A stretch of DNA of 64,000 bases from an uncultured Coprobacillus sp. (GCA_964389905.1 CAYMGD010000007.1:483-64482); one strand, 5' to 3'. Counted from the first letter of the stretch, positions 36,527 to 49,351 are shown. Numbers and translations are program-made. The notes: generated by a model not told the origin, from the letters alone.

Positions 36527-37435
36527 CTATTTGTCAAACTTCGGAACAACAAATTGCAATGATTTAGGACAAATTTCAAGTTTTATATAATTATCTTTTG
36601 CAGTTTCACCATCAATTGAATAATATAAAGGCTTTTCAATTTCAATCTCTACAACTTTTCCTTGTTTATAAACAATATATGGTATCACTTTAGGATTATC
36701 TAGATGATTACCAGCTTTGTATTCTTTAACTAAACTTGCAAAGGTTATTCTTGATACTTTTTTCACCATACAAACATCTATCAATCCATCATCGACTTTG
36801 GCTTTTGGAGCACAATAGTATCCTCCTCCGTAGCATTTGGCATTGCAAACAGCACATAATGTTGCTTTACCATCATAAATTAATTCATTATCAACTTTAA
36901 TTTTGTATTTATAAGCAATTTTTTTAAGAATTGAAGCCGCAACTCCTAAATTGTATGCTCCTTTTCCGCTTATAAAAGGAATCTTTTTAAATTTCCTTTG
37001 AAGTACTACCACGTTAGCATCTAGTCCCACATTAAATATATTAACAACATATTTGTCATTGAATTTTATGCAATCAGTCGTTACAACATTTCCATTTATC
37101 AAATGTTTAAAATCAAGGAAATCTTCTTTTTTTCCAAAGTATTTAATAAAATCATTACCTGATCCTATAGGATAACAAGCAAGTTCAGCATTAGGAAAAC
37201 CAATTAACCCGTTAGCTATTTCATTAAGTGTCCCATCGCCACCACAAGAGTAAAATCGCACTTTACTTTGTTCTTTTTGCAAATACTCTTTTACAAAGTT
37301 TGTGGCATCAAGTGGACCTTTAGTTATATATATTTCATAATCTAATTCTTTAAAACTCTCTTCAACAAGTTTTTTTAGTTTGGTAAAATCACTTTTTATT
37401 CCTGCCTTAGGATTAATTATTATCACATGCTTCAT
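36527..37435 (-). CDS. Diacylglycerol-kinase-family lipid kinase (YegS/DagK-like)
   Basis: SCGGDGTLNE motif, 302 aa. Confidence 0.85.
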   Translation of the reverse strand: MKHVIIINPKAGIKSDFTKLKKLVEESFKELDYEIYITKGPLDATNFVKEYLQKEQSKVRFYSCGGDGTLNEIANGLIGFPNAELACYPIGSGNDFIKYFGKKEDFLDFKHLINGNVVTTDCIKFNDKYVVNIFNVGLDANVVVLQRKFKKIPFISGKGAYNLGVAASILKKIAYKYKIKVDNELIYDGKATLCAVCNAKCYGGGYYCAPKAKVDDGLIDVCMVKKVSRITFASLVKEYKAGNHLDNPKVIPYIVYKQGKVVEIEIEKPLYYSIDGETAKDNYIKLEICPKSLQFVVPKFDK

Positions 37436-37445
37436 AATGAGCTCC

Positions 37446-38171
37446 TTATAATGCTTTTAAAGTTGTTAGATATTTTTTTATGTTAATGTAAAAATCAAGA
37501 TTAATTCGTGATGCAACAGATATTGGCAAGTTAACGATAAAATCATTTATGAACCATATCATCATTTTACTAGCTTCTTCTATTCTATTTTTATTAAGCA
37601 ATAAATGATAATTCTTAAATTCTGCTGTTTTAGTATCACCTATTATATTAAATATATCTTCTAGAGAACCATTTACTTTCAAATCCAAGAGTAATGAAAA
37701 TAAGAATTTTATGATTGCATTATCGGCTTTCATTAGCGAGTTAAAGGCTAATATCTTATCACCAGCTTGAAGATATAGCAAATATTCGTCAAGTGATACT
37801 AACATTTCACTAACGCAATCGATAGCATAATCATAATTCTTTTCCGTATTATACGGAATATTATTAGGATTGTAAATATTCTTTTGATTGTTAGTAACTG
37901 TTTTTTCGTAAATTGATGATGTTATATCAATTTTCACTAAAAGCAAATCTTCACACATTAAAGTAATCATATTATCTTTATGATAATAAAAATCAAAAAT
38001 ATTATTGTTTAAAAACTCTTCTAATTTTGAAATTAAATTTTCTTCTGATGTATTTAAAGTAATACGCAAAGAATAATAATTTATTTTATTATAAGGTATT
38101 TTATCTAAGCACATTATGCTTACTAAATTATTTCTGGTTAGAAAGCTTAGAAGTCGATTGACACGTTCCAA
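37446..38171 (-). CDS. Hypothetical protein
   Basis: Long intact ORF in operon context. No motif recognised. Confidence 0.5.
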   Translation of the reverse strand: MERVNRLLSFLTRNNLVSIMCLDKIPYNKINYYSLRITLNTSEENLISKLEEFLNNNIFDFYYHKDNMITLMCEDLLLVKIDITSSIYEKTVTNNQKNIYNPNNIPYNTEKNYDYAIDCVSEMLVSLDEYLLYLQAGDKILAFNSLMKADNAIIKFLFSLLLDLKVNGSLEDIFNIIGDTKTAEFKNYHLLLNKNRIEEASKMMIWFINDFIVNLPISVASRINLDFYINIKKYLTTLKAL

Positions 38172-38197
38172 AACAGGCCTCCATTAACTAAATATTT

Positions 38198-38971
38198 TTA
38201 AGCAGGATCAACTTTTTTATAATTAGGATCATACTCCTTATGTATAGTTGGTTCTTCTTTTCCCCAGTAATCATATGTATCTTTTCTTTTTAGATGGGCA
38301 TATAATATTTTTAAATTATCATCAGTTATTTCTTCTACTTTATTATCGTTTTCATCAAACCATCCTAAGAACTCATACCCTGCAACACGAACTTTAGGAA
38401 GTTCTTGGCCTTGAAAATCTTCTTCGAATGGTGATAGTATTACTCCAGGAATATTATCTAAAGCATATTTAACTCTAAATGACTGCCAGTGATAAACTGT
38501 TTCGGCTGTAAAATAGAATAATTTACACGTATCAACAAGTAATGCCCAGCTAGAGTTAAAGCTTTCATCTGCATGATTATATGGAACAAACTTTGTACAT
38601 CCTTCATCGTTTCTCCACCACGCGAAGAAAGTGATAAGAAAGTTAAAGAAATCCAAATACTTATTATTCTTATAACAATAACCAACAAAAGTATCTATAG
38701 GCTGTTCTTCTATTTTTCCACCCTCTTGGGGAGTTAGATAATACTTATGAAAGGCAAAACCCATTCCATAGCAGTTTTCTTTTCCACCTGCGAACCAATC
38801 AGCATATTTTAGAAAATCTTCTTTACTTGTTATTTTAGCACTTTCTAAATCTTCTTGGCCATTATTCTGTTTAATAAAATTATAAAAGTCAGTAAAGTAA
38901 TTATTAAATAAATGGTTTTTACTTAACCATAAGTCTTCACCAATTTTATGGTCTTTAAATAATAATTTCAT
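38198..38971 (-). CDS. Hypothetical protein with C-terminal Listeria/Bacteroides-repeat-like segment
   Basis: GYEFLGWFDENDNKV resembles the InlB B-repeat / List_Bact_rpt motif. No signal peptide. Confidence 0.5.
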   Translation of the reverse strand: MKLLFKDHKIGEDLWLSKNHLFNNYFTDFYNFIKQNNGQEDLESAKITSKEDFLKYADWFAGGKENCYGMGFAFHKYYLTPQEGGKIEEQPIDTFVGYCYKNNKYLDFFNFLITFFAWWRNDEGCTKFVPYNHADESFNSSWALLVDTCKLFYFTAETVYHWQSFRVKYALDNIPGVILSPFEEDFQGQELPKVRVAGYEFLGWFDENDNKVEEITDDNLKILYAHLKRKDTYDYWGKEEPTIHKEYDPNYKKVDPA

Positions 38972-38986
38972 AATATTCCTTTCATA

Positions 38987-41000
<2,014 letters not shown>

Positions 41001-42023
41001 CTATCTTATAAATTCAGCATCACCAAATGAGAAGAAACGATAATTGTTTTTTATTGCTTCTTCATAACTCTTTAATATTATTTCACGAGAGCTTAAGGCA
41101 CTAACTAACATAATCAGCGTTGATTTCGGCAAGTGAAAGTTAGTAATCAAACCATCAACAGCTTTAAATTTATATCCTGGATATATAAATATATTAGTGT
41201 CTTCAGAAACTTCTTTAAAAGTATTGTACTTTGTATAAATAGATTCCAAAGTTCTTGTTGAGGTTGTTCCAACACTTATTATTCTTTTGCCTTCTTGTTT
41301 TGCTTTATTAAGTTTACGAGCGACCTCAGCGCTCATATAATATTTTTCAGTGTGCATATGGTGTTTTTCAACATCTTCAGCAACTACAGGTCTAAATGTT
41401 CCCAAACCAATATGCAGTGTGATATAAAGAATTGTGACGCCTTTTTCCTTTAATTTTTCTAATATTTCTTGCGTGAAATGCAAGCCAGCAGTAGGTGCAG
41501 CAGCACTACCTAAATTTTTTGCATAAATTGTTTGATAACGGTCTTTATTAGCAAGCTTCTTATGAATGTATGGTGGTAAAGGAACTTCACCTAATTTATC
41601 TAATAATTCCAAAAAGATTCCTTCGTATAGAAACTTCACATGAAATATTCCATCTTCTAACTTTTCAGTTATAACACCAGTAAATAAATCACTAAAGTTT
41701 ACTTTGGTACCAACTTTTAATCTTCTTCCAGGACGTGCTAAAACTTCATATGTGTCATCACCTAAATCTTTTAATAAAAGCATTTCAATATTGGCATTAG
41801 TATCAACCTTTTTACCATATATTCTTGAAGGTAAAACTTTAGTATCATTCAAAACTAAACAATCATTTTCATCTAGCATATCAACTATTTCATAAAAATG
41901 ATGATGACTCATTTCACCTGTTTTTTTATCAACAACTAATAACTTAGACTCACTACGATTTAGCAAAGGAGTTTGAGCTATTAATTCTTCGGGTAAATTG
42001 TAATTAAAATCTTCTACTTTCAT
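41001..42023 (-). CDS. queA: S-adenosylmethionine:tRNA ribosyltransferase-isomerase
   Basis: FNYNLPEELIAQ, PLPPYI, AAPTAGLHFT. Confidence 0.95.
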   Translation of the reverse strand: MKVEDFNYNLPEELIAQTPLLNRSESKLLVVDKKTGEMSHHHFYEIVDMLDENDCLVLNDTKVLPSRIYGKKVDTNANIEMLLLKDLGDDTYEVLARPGRRLKVGTKVNFSDLFTGVITEKLEDGIFHVKFLYEGIFLELLDKLGEVPLPPYIHKKLANKDRYQTIYAKNLGSAAAPTAGLHFTQEILEKLKEKGVTILYITLHIGLGTFRPVVAEDVEKHHMHTEKYYMSAEVARKLNKAKQEGKRIISVGTTSTRTLESIYTKYNTFKEVSEDTNIFIYPGYKFKAVDGLITNFHLPKSTLIMLVSALSSREIILKSYEEAIKNNYRFFSFGDAEFIR

Positions 42024-42059
42024 TTTTCTATATTTTACTCTTCTATATTTAATATTTTA

Positions 42060-43046
42060 TTATTTTTCTATATTCAAGTGTTTATAGGCTTTTTCAGTTG
42101 CTACTCGTCCTCTATTAGAACGGATAACATAACCTTCTTGAAGTAAGTATGGTTCGCAAACATCTTCAAGGGTCAAAACTTCTTCACCAATCGATGCTGC
42201 TAAAGCATTTAACCCTACTGGGCCACCTTTGTAGCGCTTAATTATTGTTTCTAAATATTTATAATCTAGTTCATTCAAACCATTTTCATCAACATTTAAT
42301 TTTCCTAAAGCCATTTTAGTAATATTTAATGAGATAATTCTACTTTCTTCATCATAAAATTGAGCAAAATCACGAACACGACGGAATAACCTATTGGCAA
42401 CTCTCGGTGTTCCTCTTGATCTTCTTGCTACTTCATATGAACTTTCGTCATCAATTTCATAACTGAAAATGCGTGATGTTCTTTTGATAATATTTTGTAA
42501 TTCTTCATTTGTATAATAATTTAACTGATGAATTATTCCAAATCGATCACGCAAGGGACTTGATATATCGCCACATCTCGTTGTTGCACCAACAAGAGTA
42601 AAAGGTGGTAAATCAATTTGAATAGAATTTGCCGTTGAATCTTTACCAGTAACAATATTAATTTTATAATCTTCCATTGCTGAATAAAGGACTTCTTCAA
42701 TTACTCGTGGCAAACGATGAATCTCATCAATAAATAATACATCTCCTGGTTCCAAATTACAAAGTATTGCTGCCAAATCCCCAACTCTATCGATACTTGG
42801 AGCAGTTACAGTATGAAAATGAGCTCCCATTTCATTAGCTATAATACTTGCAAGAGTTGTTTTTCCAAGTCCTGGAGGACCATACAAAAGAACGTGATCA
42901 AGCGTTTCTTCTCGTCTTAATGCTGTTTTTATATAAACATTAAGCATTTCTTTGATACTTTCTTGGCCAATGTAATCTCTTAAATATTGTGGTCTTAAAC
43001 TTTGGTCAAAATCCTGTAATAATTTTTCTTCTTTGTTGTTTTCCAT
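42060..43046 (-). CDS. ruvB: Holliday junction branch migration helicase RuvB
   Basis: [29 protein letters not shown]. Confidence 0.95.
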   Translation of the reverse strand: MENNKEEKLLQDFDQSLRPQYLRDYIGQESIKEMLNVYIKTALRREETLDHVLLYGPPGLGKTTLASIIANEMGAHFHTVTAPSIDRVGDLAAILCNLEPGDVLFIDEIHRLPRVIEEVLYSAMEDYKINIVTGKDSTANSIQIDLPPFTLVGATTRCGDISSPLRDRFGIIHQLNYYTNEELQNIIKRTSRIFSYEIDDESSYEVARRSRGTPRVANRLFRRVRDFAQFYDEESRIISLNITKMALGKLNVDENGLNELDYKYLETIIKRYKGGPVGLNALAASIGEEVLTLEDVCEPYLLQEGYVIRSNRGRVATEKAYKHLNIEK

Positions 43047-43107
43047 TTTTATATACCTTATTTACTTTCCTTATCCTTTATGATATAATTTTACAAGAGG
43101 TGATAAA

Positions 43108-43674
43108 ATGTACAATTATATAAAAGGAACAATCACAGACATCAATGCCAAAGGAATTACAATTGAAACTAATGGCATCGGCTATCAAATATATACTCCA
43201 AATCCCTTTTCTTTTGAACTAGATTCTGAAACAACAATATATGTTTACTTACACGTTCGAGAGGATATATTCGAACTATATGGGTTTAAATCAGTCAAAG
43301 AAAGAGATTTCTTCTTCAAACTCATTTCAGTAAAGGGATTAGGTCCTAAAGGAGCTTTATCGATCCTCGCAAGCGGCGATAGTTCTGAAATTATTCAGGC
43401 CATCGAGGAAGGAAATACCAAATTTCTTCAGCGTTTCCCTGGCGTAGGTCCTAAAGCAAGTCAACAAATAATTCTTGATTTGCATGGCAAACTAAACTTC
43501 GAAACAAATAATACCAAAACAAAACTTGATCCTAAGATTGAGCAAGCCCTTGAAGCTCTCAAAAACCTTGGATATAAGCCTCAAGAACTAAAGAAAATAA
43601 TTCCTCTTCTAGAAAAGAATATAAACCTTTCTATTGGTGAATTAATTAAACTTGGACTAAAAGGTATGAACTAA
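43108..43674 (+). CDS. ruvA: Holliday junction DNA-binding protein RuvA
   Basis: MYNYIKGTI...GIGYQIY, HhH motifs (VKGLGPKGAL, FPGVGPKAS). AGAGGTGA RBS and TATAAT lie upstream. Confidence 0.93.
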   Translation: MYNYIKGTITDINAKGITIETNGIGYQIYTPNPFSFELDSETTIYVYLHVREDIFELYGFKSVKERDFFFKLISVKGLGPKGALSILASGDSSEIIQAIEEGNTKFLQRFPGVGPKASQQIILDLHGKLNFETNNTKTKLDPKIEQALEALKNLGYKPQELKKIIPLLEKNINLSIGELIKLGLKGMN

Positions 43675-43675
43675 T

Positions 43676-45412
43676 TTATAAATTATTAGTAAATATACGA
43701 TAACTCTTTAAAGCACTATTTCGTTTGAAATCAGTGCTTCTTTTATTAGCCTTTTTCCTTTCATCTAAAGTTTTAAGATACTTCGGCTCAAAGGTTTTAG
43801 AAATTTGTTTTAATTCTTTGCTTTCCTTGTTATATTTTTTTATTTGATTATTTTTAATTTGAGATATTTCCTTGTTATTAATATCTATATGGATATCCAA
43901 ATCTTTTTTCTTTGTCTTTAAAATTTCTTTTTCTGCTTCCACTTTCTTTTCTAAAGCAACTTCTAATTTATCATAATACTCAGCTGATATATTAGCTGCT
44001 ATATCACTATACCCATACTTCTTAAGATCAGTATAGTGATAATTAGTGTAAACATTAACTCCTTCAATAGGCATTTTAGAAATAAGTTTGTGACATTTTT
44101 CATTATAGATATCTACGATAGTAAGTGATACCTCCATCATCATTTCAAAATATGTAAGATAGAATTTATCAACTTGTATTTGTAAATTGTTATAGAAACG
44201 ATCTAAAGATGTTGTAACATTGTTGATAAAATCTTTATATTCTTCTTCAGTTTGTAAATCTTTATAAGGATTTAGTGCTAAAACTAAGTCTTGTTTTTTC
44301 TTTTCTAAAGATACAGGTATTTTATTATTGAGTTCAATAAACTTGTCTTTAGAAGTTTTAATCTCCGAAATAATTTCCTTTACAAAAAGACTAAGTTCTT
44401 CATATTCATCATTTTCTTGAACCATAGTTAGAAAATAACTAAAGTTCAGTAAAAGCATTTCAAAGGGAAAAAGCTTATAATCAGCAAATTCACCTTTTCT
44501 CAAGTATTCATTTTGTTTTTTTATATCTTCAATTAGTTTTGTAAAGCTCTCATTATAATCTTGCATATTCTTTCTTTGTTGCTCAATATCATATATTTTG
44601 CCTTTTTCGTTCATAGTGATGTCAAGCATATTTAGTTTATGTACAAGATCATAATGAGCTATTTTCTTACTACTTGCTATTGTATTATAATCAAATATCG
44701 CTTTTTCGCTTTCTTCGATATATTTAAGATATTCTTTATCAATTTCCTCACAAGTATTTTGTTTTAAGATTAATTCTTTATCTAAATAATCTTTTCTTTT
44801 TTGAGAGATAATCGTTTTAATTTTGTTTATTTCAGTTTTATCATCGCAATCTAACAAAAGTCTTTCTTGCTCGCTTAAAGATGATAGCATAACATTATAT
44901 AATTCATCTTTTTGGGTGTGATAATTATTTTTAAGATTTTTTATTTTTTCTCTAATAGCTTTTTCTTTATTCTTTTTATTGCTTTCAAATTCTTTTTTTA
45001 GAGCTGATAATTCTTTTTCTAAAGCAACTTTATTTTCGTTTAAAAGCATTTTTTCTCGTCTTATGTTAGAGAGAATAATTCGTAAGTCTTTTTGTCTATT
45101 TTGCGATTGATACTTTGTGCTATCTATTTTTTGATACTCATCAAAGAAAATTTCAATTTGTTTTCTTAATGCTTCTTGAGCCTCTTGACTTTTTTTGATA
45201 ATGTCAGAATCTATTTGGTTATGTTCTTGTTCATTGCGGATTATTTTAGCTTTATATGACTTAAGTGAATAGTTTCCACTTGATATTTCTAAAAGATAAT
45301 CTTTTACAATTTCATTACCTTTTAAAACATTTTTATTTATCGAATTTTCTAAATATGAAATATATTCATCGTAAACTAAACGATAGGAGTTTAGAAATGC
45401 TTGATAATCCAT
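43676..45412 (-). CDS. Large coiled-coil protein, unknown function
   Basis: 578 aa, K/E/N-rich heptad-like sequence. Starts 9 nt after the ffh stop. Its stop is one nucleotide from the ruvA stop. Confidence 0.55.
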   Translation of the reverse strand: MDYQAFLNSYRLVYDEYISYLENSINKNVLKGNEIVKDYLLEISSGNYSLKSYKAKIIRNEQEHNQIDSDIIKKSQEAQEALRKQIEIFFDEYQKIDSTKYQSQNRQKDLRIILSNIRREKMLLNENKVALEKELSALKKEFESNKKNKEKAIREKIKNLKNNYHTQKDELYNVMLSSLSEQERLLLDCDDKTEINKIKTIISQKRKDYLDKELILKQNTCEEIDKEYLKYIEESEKAIFDYNTIASSKKIAHYDLVHKLNMLDITMNEKGKIYDIEQQRKNMQDYNESFTKLIEDIKKQNEYLRKGEFADYKLFPFEMLLLNFSYFLTMVQENDEYEELSLFVKEIISEIKTSKDKFIELNNKIPVSLEKKKQDLVLALNPYKDLQTEEEYKDFINNVTTSLDRFYNNLQIQVDKFYLTYFEMMMEVSLTIVDIYNEKCHKLISKMPIEGVNVYTNYHYTDLKKYGYSDIAANISAEYYDKLEVALEKKVEAEKEILKTKKKDLDIHIDINNKEISQIKNNQIKKYNKESKELKQISKTFEPKYLKTLDERKKANKRSTDFKRNSALKSYRIFTNNL

Positions 45413-45421
45413 AAATCATTT

Positions 45422-46834
45422 TTAGAATCGGAAATTGCCTTTTCCTTTTCCTTTTCCTTTCTTTTGTTTTTGAGGTTGACGCATCATATTGGCAGGTATT
45501 TTACCTTTAGCAAGATCTGCTTCAGATAAACCAGAGATATTCTTCATTTGCTTTTTCATTTCATTAAACTGTTTTACTAAAGCATTTACTTCAGTATATG
45601 GACGTCCACTACCTTTTGCAATTCTTTCTCTTCTTGACATTGATTTATCAAGTAAGTCTGGATTTTTTCTTTCTTGGACAGTCATTGAAGTAATTATAAC
45701 GGCAATGTTGTTAAATTTCTTCTCATCAATGTCAAGATTTTTAACTTGTTGACCTAAACCTGGAATGAGTGATAAAATACCTTTTAACGAGCCCATTCGC
45801 TTAATCCACTTAAGTTGTTTCATATAATCATTATAATCATAAACACCTTTTTGGATTCGCTCTACAAGTTTTTCGGCTTCTTCTTCATCTATTGAATCAG
45901 TTGCCTTTTCAACTAAAGAAACTAGATCACCCATACCAAGAATTCTCTTTGCCATTCTTTCAGGATGGAAGATTTCAAGTTGGTCTATTTTTTCACCAAC
46001 ACCCATAAACTTAATTGGAACATTTGTGAGGTAACGAATTGATAAAGCCGCACCACCACGTGTATCGCCATCAAGTTTTGTAAGGATACATCCAGTAAGA
46101 TTTAATCTTTCATTAAAAGAAGTAATTACATTAATGGAATCTTGTCCCATCATAGAATCTATTGTAAGTAAAGTTTCATCAGGTTTTGCAATTTTAGAAA
46201 CTTCTTCTAGTTCAGTCATTAGTTCTTCGTTTATGTGTAAACGACCAGCTGTATCGATTATAACTAAATCATATCCTTTTGATTTAGCGTATTCTAAACC
46301 CTTTTTTACAATCTCGGTTACTTTGTAATTTGTTCCCATTTCGAAAACTTCTACACCAATTTGCTTTCCGACTTGGACTAACTGATTAATTGCTGCAGGA
46401 CGATAAATATCTCCAGCTATAAGCATTGGTTTTTTGCCGTCTTTTTTTCTCAAGTATGCTGCTAATTTCCCGCAATGAGTTGTTTTACCTGCACCTTGTA
46501 AACCAACTAGCATAATAACAGTCATTCCATTCATTTTAAAGGAAATGCCTTCTGCCTCTTCTCCCATCAACATCTTTAATTCATCAAGAACTAACTTTAT
46601 AACCATATCTCCAGGAGTTAAAGATTTAAGAATTTTTTCACCTAACGCTTTTTCTTTAATATCTGAAGTAAACTTTTTTACAACTTTATAATTTACATCA
46701 GCTTCTAATAATGAAAGCCTAACCTCTTTCATCATTTCATCTATATCTTTTTCTGTTAGCACTGCACGACCTGTCATACGTCTAACAGTCATTTGTAATC
46801 TTTCTGATAAACTTTCAAATGGCATATCTTTCAC
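45422..46834 (-). CDS. ffh: Signal recognition particle protein
   Basis: GLQGAGKTT, DTAGR, TKLDGD, M-domain and a basic tail. Confidence 0.95.
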   Translation of the reverse strand: MKDMPFESLSERLQMTVRRMTGRAVLTEKDIDEMMKEVRLSLLEADVNYKVVKKFTSDIKEKALGEKILKSLTPGDMVIKLVLDELKMLMGEEAEGISFKMNGMTVIMLVGLQGAGKTTHCGKLAAYLRKKDGKKPMLIAGDIYRPAAINQLVQVGKQIGVEVFEMGTNYKVTEIVKKGLEYAKSKGYDLVIIDTAGRLHINEELMTELEEVSKIAKPDETLLTIDSMMGQDSINVITSFNERLNLTGCILTKLDGDTRGGAALSIRYLTNVPIKFMGVGEKIDQLEIFHPERMAKRILGMGDLVSLVEKATDSIDEEEAEKLVERIQKGVYDYNDYMKQLKWIKRMGSLKGILSLIPGLGQQVKNLDIDEKKFNNIAVIITSMTVQERKNPDLLDKSMSRRERIAKGSGRPYTEVNALVKQFNEMKKQMKNISGLSEADLAKGKIPANMMRQPQKQKKGKGKGKGNFRF

Positions 46835-47173
46835 CTATTCTATTTCTTTCAATTTATTTATTAATTCATTAAACAAACCTTGTTTATTTTCATATTCAGT
46901 GTATAACTTTTCACGTTCAGAATTTTTCTTATATAAGCCTAAAATATTTTCATATTCATCGAAGGACTTATGAATTTTTTCAATTGCATCAAAAACGGCA
47001 CTTCTAGAGATATTATAGTTCTCACCAATTTCTGATAATGTTAAATCATTAAAGTAAAATTCTTTAAAATATTCTTTTTGTTTATTAGTTAATAATTCAC
47101 CATAATAATCAAAAAGAATAATATAATATTCACGTTTTTGGATTAAGTTATTATCTTTATTCTTCATCATCAA
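46835..47173 (-). CDS. ylxM: YlxM/p13-like putative DNA-binding protein (UPF0122)
   Basis: LFDYYGELLTNKQKEYFKEFYFNDLTLSEIGENYNISRSAV. Canonical position between ftsY and ffh. Confidence 0.85.
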   Translation of the reverse strand: MMMKNKDNNLIQKREYYIILFDYYGELLTNKQKEYFKEFYFNDLTLSEIGENYNISRSAVFDAIEKIHKSFDEYENILGLYKKNSEREKLYTEYENKQGLFNELINKLKEIE

Positions 47174-48137
47174 TCATCTCAGCAAATAGACCATATACAT
47201 ACTTTTCAATATCAAAGTATTCTAAATCATCCATTCCTTCGCCTAAACCAACAAACTTAATAGGCACATTATAAGAATCTCTAATGGCTAAAACAATACC
47301 ACCTTTAGCTGTACCATCAAGTTTTGTTAGTACAACTCCAGTTACTTCAGTTGCTTCAATGAAGGCTTTTGCTTGTGATAAGCCATTTTGTCCTGTTGTA
47401 GCATCGATAACAAGTAATGTGTCTTGAGGAGCATTTTCAACTTCTCGGGAAATAACTTTTTTGATTTTTTCTAATTCCTTCATCAAGTTAACTTTTGTTT
47501 GAAGACGACCAGCTGTATCACAAAGTAAAACATCATAGTTTTCTTTTTTGGCCTTAGCAATGCCATCATAAATAACACTTGAAGGATCGCTACCATAATC
47601 TTTAGTAACTACTTCAAAGCCAATTCTTTTTCCCCAAACTTCTAACTGTTCACTTGCTCCTGCTCTAAATGTATCTCCAGCAGCAACTAAAACTTTCTTT
47701 CCTTCGTTTATAAGTTTATGAGCAATCTTTGCAATAGTTGTAGTTTTTCCTGTACCATTGACACCCACAAATAAAAAGACGCTTAATCCTTCTCTATTAA
47801 AATTCAAATTTGTTTTTACAACTTCTCCTTTTAAATAAATATCAAACATTTTATCTATTATAATTGGTTGCAAATCTTTAGCACTTGTTAAGCCTTTTAC
47901 TTTTTCATCGCTTTTAAGTTCTTCGATAAACTTAACAACTGTGTCAACACCAATATCAGCCATAACAAATATTTCTTCTAATTCATCAAACAATTCTTCA
48001 TCAATTTGATTATGAGAACGAAATAGACTCGCTAAGCGGCTAAATGCTCCTGACTTTCTTGTTTTTTCCATACCAATTCTATATTTTAAAGCTTCTTCTT
48101 TTTTCTTTTTACTTTTAAATATATTAAAAATACCCAT
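47157..48137 (-). CDS. ftsY: Signal recognition particle receptor
   Basis: GVNGTGKTT, DTAGRL, TKLDGTAKGG. Confidence 0.95.
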   Translation of the reverse strand: MGIFNIFKSKKKKEEALKYRIGMEKTRKSGAFSRLASLFRSHNQIDEELFDELEEIFVMADIGVDTVVKFIEELKSDEKVKGLTSAKDLQPIIIDKMFDIYLKGEVVKTNLNFNREGLSVFLFVGVNGTGKTTTIAKIAHKLINEGKKVLVAAGDTFRAGASEQLEVWGKRIGFEVVTKDYGSDPSSVIYDGIAKAKKENYDVLLCDTAGRLQTKVNLMKELEKIKKVISREVENAPQDTLLVIDATTGQNGLSQAKAFIEATEVTGVVLTKLDGTAKGGIVLAIRDSYNVPIKFVGLGEGMDDLEYFDIEKYVYGLFAEMIDDEE

Positions 48138-48258
48138 ATGTTTACTCCTTAATCATTTTTAGTTTCTTTAAGAATAATTATAACACATTTGAGCAATAAT
48201 TTGAATACTACTTTTAATTTTTTATAGACTAAATTTAAACAATTGTAAATATGAATAA

Positions 48259-48283
48259 AAGAGAAGCATTCTAATCTTCTCTT
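48259..48283 (-). terminator. Hairpin after the sigma/anti-sigma operon
   Basis: AAGAGAAG-n9-CTTCTCTT overlapping the stop codon, followed by a T-rich tract on the minus strand. Confidence 0.45.
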
Positions 48284-48845
48284 AACTTTTGATTTTTTCA
48301 TAAGGAATACGCATTGCATAATCCATACGTTCTATAACTATATTAATATTTATGTCTTTGTATTTTTCCATAAGTATTTCTTTTGATTTTTCATAATCAT
48401 TTTTCAAAAGAGTTTTATAAACGGTACGTAATAATTCTTCTTTTACTATACTATTATCATTACATATTTTCTCTTCAACTTTTTTATCAAAGGGATAAAT
48501 AGTTTCATAAATATAATATGTACAGTAAAAGTTATTAACTTCTTCTTTTTCATAGTTTAAAACTCTATCATAAGGAGTTTTTTCTATTTCTTGATCTTTT
48601 ATGCATGGAAAATAAAAATGGTGAAGCCGTAAATTATCAAAACCTAAAAACAAAATAATTATGCTAAGAAGACAAATAGTAACAATATATCCTACTCTAC
48701 TCTTTTTATAAAATCCTTTAGGACAGACAAGGCTTTGACTAACAGTTTCAGTATTATATACTTTATCTTTTACTTCTTTAAAATCATATACTTCTATTTC
48801 ATTAAGAATATCATTTTTGATTTTATTGATTTCTTTTCTTTTCAT
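48282..48845 (-). CDS. Single-pass membrane protein, putative anti-sigma factor
   Basis: One TM segment (YIVTICLLSIIILFLGF). Lies immediately downstream of the ECF sigma gene. Confidence 0.45.
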   Translation of the reverse strand: MKRKEINKIKNDILNEIEVYDFKEVKDKVYNTETVSQSLVCPKGFYKKSRVGYIVTICLLSIIILFLGFDNLRLHHFYFPCIKDQEIEKTPYDRVLNYEKEEVNNFYCTYYIYETIYPFDKKVEEKICNDNSIVKEELLRTVYKTLLKNDYEKSKEILMEKYKDININIVIERMDYAMRIPYEKIKS

Positions 48846-48852
48846 ATGGTCA

Positions 48853-49350
48853 TCACATTCTTTCTTTGATTTTTTTTAAAGCTTTTTTATAGTAGTAATA
48901 AATACTTTTTTCTGAAACATTGATAATTTGTGAAATGTCTTTATAACTCATACCTAATACTAGTTTATATATTATTATTTCTTTTTCTCTTTGGTCTAAA
49001 TGACTAACATAGTAACTAAACTTTGAATCTTCACAAGGAACATTAAAAACTTCATCTTGATAATCTTTAACAATAATTCGTGATTGTTTTTTGAGATAAT
49101 TAATAGCATTATTTCGCGTAAGTTTACTTACCCAAGCATAGAAATTTGTTCCTATGGTGTACATATCTAGTTTGTCAAGAATAAGCATATATGAATCTTG
49201 AATTAAGTCTTTTATTATTTCATTATCACTTACCAAACTACGAATCGTTAAGAAAACATAATTATAACTTTCTTTATAAATTACTTCAAAAGCTTCTTTT
49301 TCTCCTGCTAAGTATTTTTTTATATAATAATCAATTTTTTTAGAATTCAT
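48853..49350 (-). CDS. ECF-type sigma-70 family RNA polymerase sigma factor
   Basis: Region 2 (DLIQDSYMLILDKL...FYAWVSKLTRNNAINYLKK) and region 4 HTH (MSYKDISQIINVSEKSIYYY). Confidence 0.85.
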   Translation of the reverse strand: MNSKKIDYYIKKYLAGEKEAFEVIYKESYNYVFLTIRSLVSDNEIIKDLIQDSYMLILDKLDMYTIGTNFYAWVSKLTRNNAINYLKKQSRIIVKDYQDEVFNVPCEDSKFSYYVSHLDQREKEIIIYKLVLGMSYKDISQIINVSEKSIYYYYKKALKKIKERM

Positions 49351-49351
49351 T

